This document shows positions 22,404 to 31,676 of a DNA stretch of 64,000 bases, one piece after another. This DNA comes from an uncultured Collinsella sp. (GTDB lineage Bacteria > Actinomycetota > Coriobacteriia > Coriobacteriales > Coriobacteriaceae): NCBI GenBank assembly GCA_900751695.1, contig CAADSS010000011.1, positions 3,052 through 67,051 of the forward strand. Direction: 5' to 3'. The position numbers and the translations under genes are program-made. Numbering within the stretch: the stretch's first letter is position 1; every line of letters begins with the position of its first letter. The notes under the pieces were generated by a model. That model ran no database searches and had not been told where the DNA came from. It saw only the letters and a list, made by a program, of their open reading frames with translations.

Positions 22404-24248
22404 CTAACCAATGACCGACATGGCGAGCAGCACCGCAGCGGCGCAGTACGCTACGCACGAGATCATGACGGCAATAACGTTCATGGCAGTGCCCGACGTG
22501 TTGAGGTCATGCTCGTCACGCCAGAACAGCACCATCAGGTAAATCACGGCGCTCATGTTACCAACCAGGCAAATGATGGCAGCAATATTAAAGCACCCGG
22601 TAAAGAGTTGCTCCTCAAACATGGGCGCATCGGGGAACGCAGCGGTGCGCACCAGCTGGGCGCACAGGTAGGTCACGAGTGACAGAATCAGGCCCATGCC
22701 CGTGCTCTGGAAGAAGAACCCCAGATACGGCTTGGGCTCGTCGTCGTGACCGTCATACTCCAGGAAGTAGTTCTTGACGAACGACACCATGCGCGAGGCC
22801 GCCAACAGCACGAGTGGCATGGCGCACATGGGGAACACCACCAGATGCGCGGAGCCGAGCGCCGTCCCCAGCACCGTTGCCATGATGCACGACGCGATGC
22901 CCCATACAACAACCCAGTACTGGCGATGCACGAACCAGCTGAGCACGTTCGTCGAGTCGTCCGACGCGCTATCGCCCGAGCCGACACCGGCGATCTGCAG
23001 GTCCTCCTGATGCTCCTCGGCGATAACGTCCATGGCGTCGTCGAAGGTTACGATACCCAGGATATGACGGTTCTCGTCGCAGACAGGGATGGCAACCAGG
23101 TCGTACTTGGTCATCTCGTCCGTCACGTCTTCCTGGTCCTCGTCAGGCGACACATAGACCAGGTCGCGATAGGCCAGCTGACCCAGCGTGGCGTCGCGGT
23201 CGGCTACAATCAGCGTGCGCAGCGAAAGCACGCCGGTCAGCATGCCGCTCGGATCCTCGGTATAGACGTAATAGACACTCTCAAAGTCCTCGTCGAGTTT
23301 GCGAATCGCCTCGATGGCGTCGCCGACCGTCGCCGTGGCGGGCAGCGAGACAAACTCCGAGGTCATGATGCGGCCGGCGGTGTTGTCCTCGTAGCCCAGC
23401 AGATTACGAATCGCCTTCTCCTCCTTGACGCCCATCAGGCGCAGGAGCTTCTCGGCCTTCTCATAATCGAGTTCGTCGATCAGGTCGGCAGCGTCGTCCG
23501 GGTCCATCATGGCCAGCATCGACGATGCGTCGGTATCGGACAGGCCCTCGAGCATCTCGGTCATAAGCTCGTCGTCATCGAACTCCGAGATGGCCTCGGC
23601 GGCCTGGGCAGTATCGAGCTGCGCAAACACCTGCGCACGCAGGCGCGGGTCGAGCTGCTCGATAATGTCGGCGATGTCGGCAGGGTGCAGCTCGCCGAGC
23701 GTCTTGTGCGACACCGAGAGTTGAATGTTCTTGGTCGAGCGGTCGAGCAGGTCCATGTAGGACCAAGCGATGATGTCCTCACTGAGCGGCTTGCCCAGGT
23801 GCTTCATAAAGCCTTCGACGATATGCTCGAGCGCGGGGCTGATGGCGCGTAGCAGACCGCGGGCACCGACCTCGGCGCCCAGCAGGCGCAGCTGGTTTTC
23901 GCCCGACATGGAAAACTTGATGTCGTTTACGCGCACGACCTTCATGCCCTGCGTGTCGACAATCTGCTTGTTGAGCACGTCGCGGGCAAGCAAGAGTTCG
24001 GTCGGCTGCAGGTACGAAAAACGGATTTCGGTGGCCGACGTCTTAAGGTGTACACCCGTCTCGTCGATACGGTCGACCCATTTGCGCCAGCTGATCATAA
24101 ACGGCGTCTTGCCGGGTCCGCGGAACGCGAGCGACGTCACGTGCGGAAAAACTTCGCCGGTAGCAATACCAAAATCGTTGACCACGCCGAGCTTTTCGCC
24201 GTCGACGTCCAAGACCGGCAATTTGAGCATCTCACTCAGATAATTCAA
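22404..24248 (-). CDS. MgtE-like protein (PRC barrel, MgtE_N, CBS pair, divergent TM region)
   Basis: LHPADIADIIEQL, MDPDDAAD, TAGRIMT, KYDLVAIPV; TTG start. Confidence 0.8.
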   Translation of the reverse strand: MNYLSEMLKLPVLDVDGEKLGVVNDFGIATGEVFPHVTSLAFRGPGKTPFMISWRKWVDRIDETGVHLKTSATEIRFSYLQPTELLLARDVLNKQIVDTQGMKVVRVNDIKFSMSGENQLRLLGAEVGARGLLRAISPALEHIVEGFMKHLGKPLSEDIIAWSYMDLLDRSTKNIQLSVSHKTLGELHPADIADIIEQLDPRLRAQVFAQLDTAQAAEAISEFDDDELMTEMLEGLSDTDASSMLAMMDPDDAADLIDELDYEKAEKLLRLMGVKEEKAIRNLLGYEDNTAGRIMTSEFVSLPATATVGDAIEAIRKLDEDFESVYYVYTEDPSGMLTGVLSLRTLIVADRDATLGQLAYRDLVYVSPDEDQEDVTDEMTKYDLVAIPVCDENRHILGIVTFDDAMDVIAEEHQEDLQIAGVGSGDSASDDSTNVLSWFVHRQYWVVVWGIASCIMATVLGTALGSAHLVVFPMCAMPLVLLAASRMVSFVKNYFLEYDGHDDEPKPYLGFFFQSTGMGLILSLVTYLCAQLVRTAAFPDAPMFEEQLFTGCFNIAAIICLVGNMSAVIYLMVLFWRDEHDLNTSGTAMNVIAVMISCVAYCAAAVLLAMSVIG

Positions 24249-24381
24249 TGGTGCTCCCCATCATAATTCCTCCGGACGCGGCCGCGCGTGCGGCGTCCGG
24301 GGGCTTCTGGATATGTATACGCATGCGCGGGCGGCACGCCGCTCGACGCTTACACCCCGTGCATGCGCAAAAAGCACCTGC

Positions 24382-24452
24382 ATGGGGTCATCGACTGTAT
24401 GGTCGAGGTTTGGATTTCACCTGTAACCTTTCTCTTGACCCTCATTAACCGC
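24382..24452 (-). ncRNA. Candidate cis-regulatory RNA resembling the DUF1646 (Na+-I) riboswitch
   Basis: CGGTTA..AAAGGTTACAGG..CC..CGACCATACAGTCGAT with closing stem ATGAGGGTCA/TGACCCCAT, just downstream of extended -10 TGCTATAGT (24466-24458); family match from memory only. Confidence 0.55.
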
Positions 24453-24539
24453 AGTAACTATAGCATCAGCATCGCCCTGCGGCATCGAATTTATGCGCTG
24501 CACATTGCAGGCATACCAAACGCTGACGCATCCGTGACA

Positions 24540-24579
24540 TAGCCATTGGGGACGCTCTTAAACGACTACCCAATGACTA
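24540..24579. repeat. Short TAGYCATTGGGGAC-family repeat
   Basis: tagccattggggacgctcttaaacgactacccaatgacta; related to 32965 and 36572. Confidence 0.75.
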
Positions 24580-25983
24580 CTCTGTGGTGTCGTCGTCCTC
24601 GGCAAGCTGGGGGAACACGGCGTCCTTGGGCATGGTGGCCTTCGTCAGCGAGGTGAGCTTTTTGCTCAACGACGTGTCCGTCTTGACCAGGTCGCTGAGC
24701 GTCACGATCTTGTAGCCGTCGGCAATGAGGCCGTCGATAATCTGCGGCAGCGCCTCGAGTGTCTGCTCGGCGCATTCGTCTCTATCGGTGAGCAGCACGA
24801 TATTGCCCGGCGTCACCGAATCGAGCACCGTCGAGACCTGCTCGTCGGCACCGTTGAGCAGCCAGTCGCCCGAGTCAATATTCCACGAGACCACGGCGGA
24901 GACCAGATCCATCGCATCAATCCAGTTTTGCTCGTCAAAGGCAGCGTAGGGAGCACGCAGCAGCATCGTCTTCACGCCGGCCGCCGACTTAATCGCATCG
25001 GTGCCTTTCGTGATCTGTTCGCGTACCGCCTCACGGTCCTGGCCCTTGAGCGAATCGTCGCTGTAGCTGTTGGATCCGATCTCGCACCCGGCATCGACAA
25101 TCGCCTTGGCCGTGGCAGGCGAGGCCTCGACCGCATCGCCCGAAAGGAAGAACGTCGCGGTGACGCCCTTTTCCTTGAGCACCTGCAAGATCTGTTTGGT
25201 GGCGCCGCTCGGACCCTCGTCAAACGTCAGCGCCACGTACTTTTTGTTGCCCTTGGGCGCCACGCTGGCGCACGCAACAACGCAATCGGTGACGGGCACA
25301 ACCTCGCCGCGGTCTTGCGTCTTGCCCGACTGCTCGCCAACCCACACCTCGGAGCGGCCCTGGACACCCCACGTCTGCACATACTCGATAGCGCCCGTAC
25401 CCTCGACCTTGAGCTTGGGCTCGATAACCGTAGCCTGAACCTCGTGCTTCTCGTAGGTGTTACGGCCATCCTTGACCGTCACCTTCTCGCCGCCCTCAAG
25501 TTCGCGGCTATCCCATTTGCCCTGTTTCACGCGCTTGCCGTCGACCTTCACCGACAGCTTTTCGCCCCCATGGCGCTTGAGCACGCTGTCATCGACGGCC
25601 AGCAGGTCGCCTGCGTCGTAGGTGTCAGTCAACTCCTGGTCGTCGATGAGATTCTGCAGCGTAGAGCCCACACGCACCGCGGTCTTCTGGCCGTTGAGCT
25701 CCACATCCACACTGCGGTTGACGTAGCCCACGACGGCAGCGATAAACAGCACGAGCGCACAGCCCACGGCAATGAGCGCATAGGGCAGGCGAGACGAACG
25801 ACGGGGCGTACGGCTGTTGCCGATGCGAGCGCTGCGGTCGCTAAAGCCGCGGCTATGGTTGAGATACATCGCGCCGGGCTTACGGTGACGCTTGCGCTGA
25901 CCGCTGGGCAGCTGCCCCAGATCGCGGCGCGCCGTCGGACGCGCGCCCGAACGCCCGTTTAAGTTGGATCCGTTTTGGCGCAT
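24577..25983 (-). CDS. Membrane-anchored polysaccharide deacetylase (CE4)-like protein with degenerate active site
   Basis: One TM segment, NodB-like C-terminal domain with ALTFDEGP, GSNSYSD, RAPY, DSGDW, LLTD. Confidence 0.8.
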   Translation of the reverse strand: MRQNGSNLNGRSGARPTARRDLGQLPSGQRKRHRKPGAMYLNHSRGFSDRSARIGNSRTPRRSSRLPYALIAVGCALVLFIAAVVGYVNRSVDVELNGQKTAVRVGSTLQNLIDDQELTDTYDAGDLLAVDDSVLKRHGGEKLSVKVDGKRVKQGKWDSRELEGGEKVTVKDGRNTYEKHEVQATVIEPKLKVEGTGAIEYVQTWGVQGRSEVWVGEQSGKTQDRGEVVPVTDCVVACASVAPKGNKKYVALTFDEGPSGATKQILQVLKEKGVTATFFLSGDAVEASPATAKAIVDAGCEIGSNSYSDDSLKGQDREAVREQITKGTDAIKSAAGVKTMLLRAPYAAFDEQNWIDAMDLVSAVVSWNIDSGDWLLNGADEQVSTVLDSVTPGNIVLLTDRDECAEQTLEALPQIIDGLIADGYKIVTLSDLVKTDTSLSKKLTSLTKATMPKDAVFPQLAEDDDTTE

Positions 25984-26055
25984 GTGCCCTCCCCCATAAA
26001 CACAGCAAGCCGGAGCAACAGGTCTCCGGCTTGCCTCCCATCATTTGGTACGTCG

Positions 26056-26811
26056 CTATTTTGTAGCTTTTGACGAGCCTCCGCTCGCCTTTTGGTATTC
26101 GTCCTTAAAGGCCTTGAACATGCCGCGCGTCTTGCCGAGCTGCTTGCCCAGTGCGCGACTGCCTTTGTCCACGGCAACCGATCCCTTGTCATCGAGCACC
26201 TTGGCGCCCTTCTTGACCTTATCGCCCACCACGACGCTTGCCTCGGCAGCCTTTGCGGCGGCGCCGCCCGAATACCCGAGCGACTTGACCTCGTCCGAAA
26301 CAATCATCGCGCCGTCCGCATAGCCGCGCAGCATCGTCGGCGGCACCTGCGTGTCACCAACCAAAACACTCGAAGCAGCACCGGCGGTCACATAGAATGC
26401 CTGCACGATGCCCGAGCGTGGCTTGAACTCAACGTCCGAGCAATAGCCCACGACGTCGCCTGATTCCGTGCGCACGTCCATACCGACCCAGATGATGCAA
26501 TCGTCCAGGTTGATGTCGAGGCGCTTGGCAGCGGCGGCATCGTACGTGTCCTTGACGTCATCGACCGCAATGGCGCCCTCGTAGACACCAATGGCGTCGA
26601 GCGCTACGAATCGGTCGGGGCGCTCGATCATGCCCGCGATATCGGACTGACGGACCATAAAGCCGACCACGCGCGTACCGCCCGGGGTAAAGACCGGAAA
26701 GTGAATCTTTCCGAGCTTTTTAGGGCTGCGCGGCGTGCCGTCCTTTTTGGTGCGCTTGTCCTCGGTAGGCTTGCGATAAATCTTGGCGCCGACAAAATCC
26801 CCGGCGCGCAT
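26056..26811 (-). CDS. PRC-barrel domain protein
   Basis: Two PRC-like repeats (KLGKIHFPVF; VGMDVRTESGDVVG). Confidence 0.65.
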   Translation of the reverse strand: MRAGDFVGAKIYRKPTEDKRTKKDGTPRSPKKLGKIHFPVFTPGGTRVVGFMVRQSDIAGMIERPDRFVALDAIGVYEGAIAVDDVKDTYDAAAAKRLDINLDDCIIWVGMDVRTESGDVVGYCSDVEFKPRSGIVQAFYVTAGAASSVLVGDTQVPPTMLRGYADGAMIVSDEVKSLGYSGGAAAKAAEASVVVGDKVKKGAKVLDDKGSVAVDKGSRALGKQLGKTRGMFKAFKDEYQKASGGSSKATK

Positions 26812-27200
26812 TATGCCTCGGTCGAGGGCTCCGCAGCCTCGGTATCAGCCTCGACGGCGTTCTCGACCACGACGTCGGCGGCAGGCGTCACGTTGCCGCC
26901 CGAAATGGCGTCGTTGAGCTGCTCGCGCAGCTGGTCCATGCGCTCGCGGGCCAGGTCAACCTTAGCGCGCAGGTCGTCGGTCTTGGCGTCGACCATCGGG
27001 CCAAAGTCATTCACCGCAGCACGGGCCTCCTCGGCGCTGTGCTCGTAGGTGTCGCGCATATTGTCCCAGGCGTCGTTGGCGATATCGGCAGCCATGGCGC
27101 GGGTCTCGGCGCCCGAGCGCGGGGCCAGAGCAACGCCGACAATAGCGCCGGCAGCGGCACCAAAAAGTGCGCCGGAGACAAAGCTGAAAGTCTTACCCAT
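26811..27200 (-). CDS. YtxH-domain protein
   Basis: GALFGAAAGAIVGVALAPRSGAETR; start 27200 or 27206. Confidence 0.8.
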   Translation of the reverse strand: MGKTFSFVSGALFGAAAGAIVGVALAPRSGAETRAMAADIANDAWDNMRDTYEHSAEEARAAVNDFGPMVDAKTDDLRAKVDLARERMDQLREQLNDAISGGNVTPAADVVVENAVEADTEAAEPSTEA

Positions 27201-27336
27201 GATCATTCCTCTCCTGCGGGCACGTCGGTGCCCACCGTTTGAATGCTGTCCATTATACCCGCAGCGCATCACTTGCCGCTCCGCTCATCTGCGTACGGCA
27301 AAGGCGCAGGTACGTGATGGTGATAAACGCGTAGGC

Positions 27337-28170
27337 CTACTCCTGGGGCATAGCCGGCATGGTCACCGTGGCACCCGGATCCTCGCCGGCGCCGTCCACG
27401 AGCGGCAGGCCGCCCTCATGCGCAGGTCCTGCCGGAATCGTCGCCGCACCGCCAAAGACGGCAGCGGAGGCCTCGTGGTTCTCGGCAACCGCGCCCTCGG
27501 TATCAATCGCCACCTGGGGCTCGTCGTCAAAGTTGGGGACGCCCTGGGGCTCGGTGGGAACGGGCCCGGCGGTCGCATCGGCAACGGGCTCGGCGTCAAC
27601 CGGCACATCGCCCTCGTCAGAGCCCTCGTCCTCGGCAGCATCTTCGCCGTTCGCAGCGGCGACGGCCTCGTGAGGATCCTTGCCCTCGGCCTCGGCGCGC
27701 ATGCCCAGCACCAGGTTGCGCAGGCCCGCGACCGTACCTTCCACGTCGGGGGCAGGCTGGTCGGCGTGCAGGTACGCCCAGTCCATCATAAAGGTGGCCG
27801 AAGACAGCGCACCGATGGCCAGCGCGTCGTCGGGACACGAAAGCTCAACCTCAAAAACGCGCTCGTCGTGCTCGCTTACGCGCGTGCGGCCGCACGAGAT
27901 GCTACCGGCAAGACCGGTCTCGTTCATGAGCTCGACCGTCACATGCTCAAGCAGATGGCAAAGCTCGGTCTGGCCCATGCAGTCCTGGAACTCGCGGCCG
28001 GAATCACCCAGGCACAGGTGCTTGGCAATCGCCGGCACCAGGTAATACACGCGCGCCGTAGCCTCGATATCCTCCGAGGTCATGAGCGGCATGCCGGGGT
28101 TCACCAGCACGTGCGCGCAGATCTTGTCCTCGCTGACGGTGACCTTAAGGATGTTGAACAGGCCTGCCAT
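27337..28170 (-). CDS. Stand-alone cyanophycin-synthetase N-domain-like protein with acidic tail
   Basis: HLC-x18-HLLEHVTVEL and GRT motifs; C-terminal ~110 aa low-complexity acidic region. Confidence 0.6.
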   Translation of the reverse strand: MAGLFNILKVTVSEDKICAHVLVNPGMPLMTSEDIEATARVYYLVPAIAKHLCLGDSGREFQDCMGQTELCHLLEHVTVELMNETGLAGSISCGRTRVSEHDERVFEVELSCPDDALAIGALSSATFMMDWAYLHADQPAPDVEGTVAGLRNLVLGMRAEAEGKDPHEAVAAANGEDAAEDEGSDEGDVPVDAEPVADATAGPVPTEPQGVPNFDDEPQVAIDTEGAVAENHEASAAVFGGAATIPAGPAHEGGLPLVDGAGEDPGATVTMPAMPQE

Positions 28171-28194
28171 AACTCTCCCCTACTCTTCCTTGTC

Positions 28195-29568
28195 CTACTC
28201 GTCGCCGTCGTGCGGATTCGCGGAACCCGCACCCGACGTCGTCGGCTCGTCTACCGAAGACTCGGAATCCTTCTTATCGGTTTCGGCCGGAGCGATCACG
28301 CGAATGAGCGAGATGCGCTGGCCACGCATCGACTGCACTTTAAACTTGTACCCCGCAACCTCAAACACCTCTCCGATGTCGGGCACCGAGTCGCAAAGCT
28401 CCAAAATCCAGCCGGCGATGGTCTCATAATCATCGCTTTCCTCAAGCGGCCAACCAAGCTCAATCGCGTCATCGCACGAAAAACGCCCATCAACGAGCCA
28501 CTCGCGGCGCGAAAGGCGCGTGAGATACTTGTTGTCGGGGTCGAACTCGTCCTCGATCTCGCCGACGATCTCCTCGACGATGTCCTCGATAGTGATAATG
28601 CCGGCCGTGCCGCCGTACTCGTCCACGACCACCACGATCTGGTCGTGCGAGGTCTGCATCTCGGACAGCAGCGGCAGGATGTCCTTGGTGTCGGGCACAA
28701 AGGTGGCGTCGCGCAAAAAGCCGGCGATGGGCTGGTCGCCCTTGCCGTCGAGCGCGGGCTGAATCAGGTCCTTGATGTGCGCAATGCCGGCGACGTTGTC
28801 GGGATCCTCGTGATAGACGGGGATGCGGCTAAAGCCGGTCTGGCGCATGGTGGACAGCACGTCGGCGACCGTCTCGTCGTCCTCGCACATGGTGGTGTCC
28901 ACGCGCGGCACCATGACCTCGCGGGCAACGGTGTCGCCCAGGTCGAAGATCTCGTGGATCATGCGCTTTTCCTCGTCGAGCAGGTCGTCCTGCTCCGAGA
29001 CCATGTACTTGATCTCTTCTTCCGAGACGTTCTGACGGTCGTCGGCACTCTTGATGCGCAGGATGCGGGCCAGGCCATCGGAGCAAGCGCCGGTCAGCCA
29101 CACGAGCGGACGAGCGATCTTTTGGAAAAACGACAACGGCCCCACGACCTGCTTGGACACGCCTTCGGCGTTGGCCAGGCCGATGCGCTTGGGCACAAGC
29201 TCGCCGATCACGATGGACACGAAGGCGACCGCGACGGTGATGATGACCGGCGCCAGGCCGCGCGCGATGGCGGAGAGCGGCGCGATGCCAAAGCTCATGA
29301 GCCACGTGGCGAGCGGGTCGGACAGACTCGTCGAGGCGACGGCGGACGAGGCGAAGCCCACGAGCGTGATGGCGACCTGGATGGTGGCGAGCAGCTGGTC
29401 GGAGTCGGCAGCCAGCTTAATGGCACGCTCGGCGCGCTTGTCGCCTTCCTCGGCCTCGTGCTCCAGCACGGCGCGCTTGGCCGTGGTGAGCGCCATCTCG
29501 GACATAGAGAAGTAGCCGTTGATGAGGGTCAAAACGAGGGTGGTGATAAGGGAGATGGTTATGTCCAT
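28195..29568 (-). CDS. CNNM/CorC (hemolysin family) CBS-domain transporter
   Basis: FSMSEMA, GELVPK, VMVPR, FSRIPVY, VVDEYGG, EDIVEEIVGEI. Confidence 0.92.
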   Translation of the reverse strand: MDITISLITTLVLTLINGYFSMSEMALTTAKRAVLEHEAEEGDKRAERAIKLAADSDQLLATIQVAITLVGFASSAVASTSLSDPLATWLMSFGIAPLSAIARGLAPVIITVAVAFVSIVIGELVPKRIGLANAEGVSKQVVGPLSFFQKIARPLVWLTGACSDGLARILRIKSADDRQNVSEEEIKYMVSEQDDLLDEEKRMIHEIFDLGDTVAREVMVPRVDTTMCEDDETVADVLSTMRQTGFSRIPVYHEDPDNVAGIAHIKDLIQPALDGKGDQPIAGFLRDATFVPDTKDILPLLSEMQTSHDQIVVVVDEYGGTAGIITIEDIVEEIVGEIEDEFDPDNKYLTRLSRREWLVDGRFSCDDAIELGWPLEESDDYETIAGWILELCDSVPDIGEVFEVAGYKFKVQSMRGQRISLIRVIAPAETDKKDSESSVDEPTTSGAGSANPHDGDE

Positions 29569-29676
29569 CGGGAGTTTCTCGAACCTCCAAGATTCGGGAC
29601 GTCGGATTAAAACGTTGGTGGCGGATACGGCAATTGCACTGGCGACCGAGCGGGGGCACGGGCGCTGGCGTGGTCG

Positions 29677-30360
29677 CTAGATTACGAAGAGGATCACCGC
29701 CATGAACTGGAAGATGCTGCCGGCGAGCACCCACAGGTGAAACACGCTGTGCAGATAGCGCACGTTTTTGGCGATATAGAACGGCACGCCCGCGGTGTAG
29801 CACACGCCGCCGACGGCGAGCATGGCAAGTGCCACGGGGTTGAGCAGCGCCACGAGCTCGGGCAGCTTAAAGACAACGAGCCAGCCCATCAGCAGATAGA
29901 CCAGGCCGCTTACCCAATGCGGCTGGCGCTCGCGCATAAAGCACTCGAGGGCGATGCCGATAATGGCGATGGCCCATACGGCAAAGAACAGCACAGCGCC
30001 GCCGTCGTTTGCGAGCGTGATGAGGCAAAACGGCGTATAGCTGCCCGCAATGAGCAGGTAGATGCAGCTGTGGTCGATGATGCGAAACACGCGCTTGGCG
30101 CGCGCGGGCTGAATCGCGTGGTAGAGCGTGGAGGCCAGGTATTCGAGGATAATGCTGACGCCATAGACAATCGCCGCGGCCATGTGGGCCGGGCCTCCGC
30201 CGCGCAGGGCGGCGAATACGATCAGGAGCACCAGGCCCGCGATACCCAGCAGGCAGCCGACACCATGGGTGACGGAGTTCATGATCTCCTCGCCCACCGT
30301 GTAGTGTGGAACGGCCGCGGTCTTGGGTCGCGGCTTAGAACTGTCGCTCGAATCGGACAT
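29677..30360 (-). CDS. Hemolysin III / PAQR family membrane protein
   Basis: EEIMNSVTHG, STLYH, DHSCIYLLIAGSYTP, HSVFH. Confidence 0.9.
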   Translation of the reverse strand: MSDSSDSSKPRPKTAAVPHYTVGEEIMNSVTHGVGCLLGIAGLVLLIVFAALRGGGPAHMAAAIVYGVSIILEYLASTLYHAIQPARAKRVFRIIDHSCIYLLIAGSYTPFCLITLANDGGAVLFFAVWAIAIIGIALECFMRERQPHWVSGLVYLLMGWLVVFKLPELVALLNPVALAMLAVGGVCYTAGVPFYIAKNVRYLHSVFHLWVLAGSIFQFMAVILFVI

Positions 30361-30466
30361 GCCGGTTACATCCTCCAACGTAAAGAGTTCTCAACACTAT
30401 ATCAAAGCGTCTGGGTACGTGCGAAATTTGCACTATACGCGACCCTTTGTTTACCCATTCTTTGCC

Positions 30467-30527
30467 TGTTGACGCATCAACGGCGAACGTCCATAATGCG
30501 CTTGCATTAAATGTTGATGTATTAACA
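30467..30527 (+). promoter_or_regulatory. Sigma70-type promoter with two palindromic operator candidates
   Basis: TTGACG (30469)-17 bp-CATAAT (30492); TGTTGA-N4-TYAACR at 30467 and 30512. Confidence 0.6.
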
Positions 30528-30546
30528 TCTTATAGGAGAATACCGC

Positions 30547-31512
30547 ATGGCTCAAAACGCACGTTCCCATCGAAAGCTCAAGATAGCCGGCATCGTTGCA
30601 CTGGTGGTTGTCGTTGCGCTGCTCGGATTTGCCGGCAACTTCCTGTTTGACTTCGCGCTGAATCCCCGCGCGCCATACACCATGAAGATGATGCAGGATA
30701 GCAAGAACGACAAAGAAGGTGAGCAGCCGGATGCCGAGGATACCGAGGCGCGGGCATGGTTTAAAGAGAACCGCGAGAGCAGGAGCCTCACCGCGGACGA
30801 CGGGACCGAGCTTGCCGCCTGGTATTTTGCTGCGTCGGAGAGCACGCACGACTACGCCGTCTGCCTGCATGGATATACCAACGAGCCCATCGGTATGGCC
30901 CGATACGTCAAGCGATTCCACGACCGCGGCATGAACGTACTCGCGCCCGCCGCGCGCGCCCACGAGCGCTCCGGCGGCGACTATATCGGCATGGGCTGGC
31001 CCGAGCGGCTCGATGTCGTCGCATGGATCGAGCAAATCGTTCAGGCTGACCCCGAGGCACGCATCCTGGTCTTTGGCGAGTCGATGGGTGCGGCAACCGC
31101 CATGAACGTCGCGGGGGAACCTCTGCCCGCAAACGTGAAATGCATTATCGAGGACTGCGGTTATACGAGTGTTTGGGACGAGTTTTCTCTGCAGCTCAAG
31201 AACGTGTTCGGCTTGCCCAGCTTTCCCTTGCTCGATGTAGCAAACTTGGTATGCAACGTGCGCGCGGGCTACGACTTTCATAAGGCGAGCAGCGTGGAGC
31301 AACTCAAACACGCGACGGTTCCCATGCTGTTTATCCACGGCGACCAGGACACTTTTGTGCCGTACAGCATGCTCGACCAAAACTACGACGCGTGCGCCAG
31401 CAAGGTCAAGCAAAAGCTCACTATCCATGGCGCCACCCACGCCAAGAGCGCGCAGGTCGACCCCGAACTCTACTGGAACACGGTCGACAACTTCCTCGAC
31501 GAGTATTTTTAG
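30547..31512 (+). CDS. Alpha/beta hydrolase, N-terminally anchored
   Basis: HGY, GESMG nucleophile elbow, IHGDQD, HA. Confidence 0.88.
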   Translation: MAQNARSHRKLKIAGIVALVVVVALLGFAGNFLFDFALNPRAPYTMKMMQDSKNDKEGEQPDAEDTEARAWFKENRESRSLTADDGTELAAWYFAASESTHDYAVCLHGYTNEPIGMARYVKRFHDRGMNVLAPAARAHERSGGDYIGMGWPERLDVVAWIEQIVQADPEARILVFGESMGAATAMNVAGEPLPANVKCIIEDCGYTSVWDEFSLQLKNVFGLPSFPLLDVANLVCNVRAGYDFHKASSVEQLKHATVPMLFIHGDQDTFVPYSMLDQNYDACASKVKQKLTIHGATHAKSAQVDPELYWNTVDNFLDEYF

Positions 31513-31590
31513 GCAAAAAGCAACGTCTGGGGTTTTGTTGCCAAAAAACGGTTTGTGGTCGGCGGGATTCGATTTTTCGCCGCACTTCCA

Positions 31591-31629
31591 AAAAGCCGCC
31601 CGTGAGCGCTGTGCTCACGGGCGGCTTTT
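31591..31629. terminator. Bidirectional intrinsic terminator
   Basis: aaaagccgcccgtgagc..gctcacgggcggctttt between convergent genes. Confidence 0.85.
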
Positions 31630-31676
31630 GCTCAACTAACGCTACAAAGGCGCTTATTTTGTCCAATAGCTAGGCG

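Noticed and set aside
24382..24452. M-box (ykoK), yybP-ykoY or FMN riboswitch
   Set aside because: Too short and lacking their conserved blocks; only a GGTGAAATCC loop recalls FMN
27049..29610. Long antisense ORFs (e.g. 853 aa here, 777 aa at 56232, 670 aa at 33899, 530 aa at 1166)
   Set aside because: Shadow frames opposite well-supported genes, expected in high-GC DNA; no motifs
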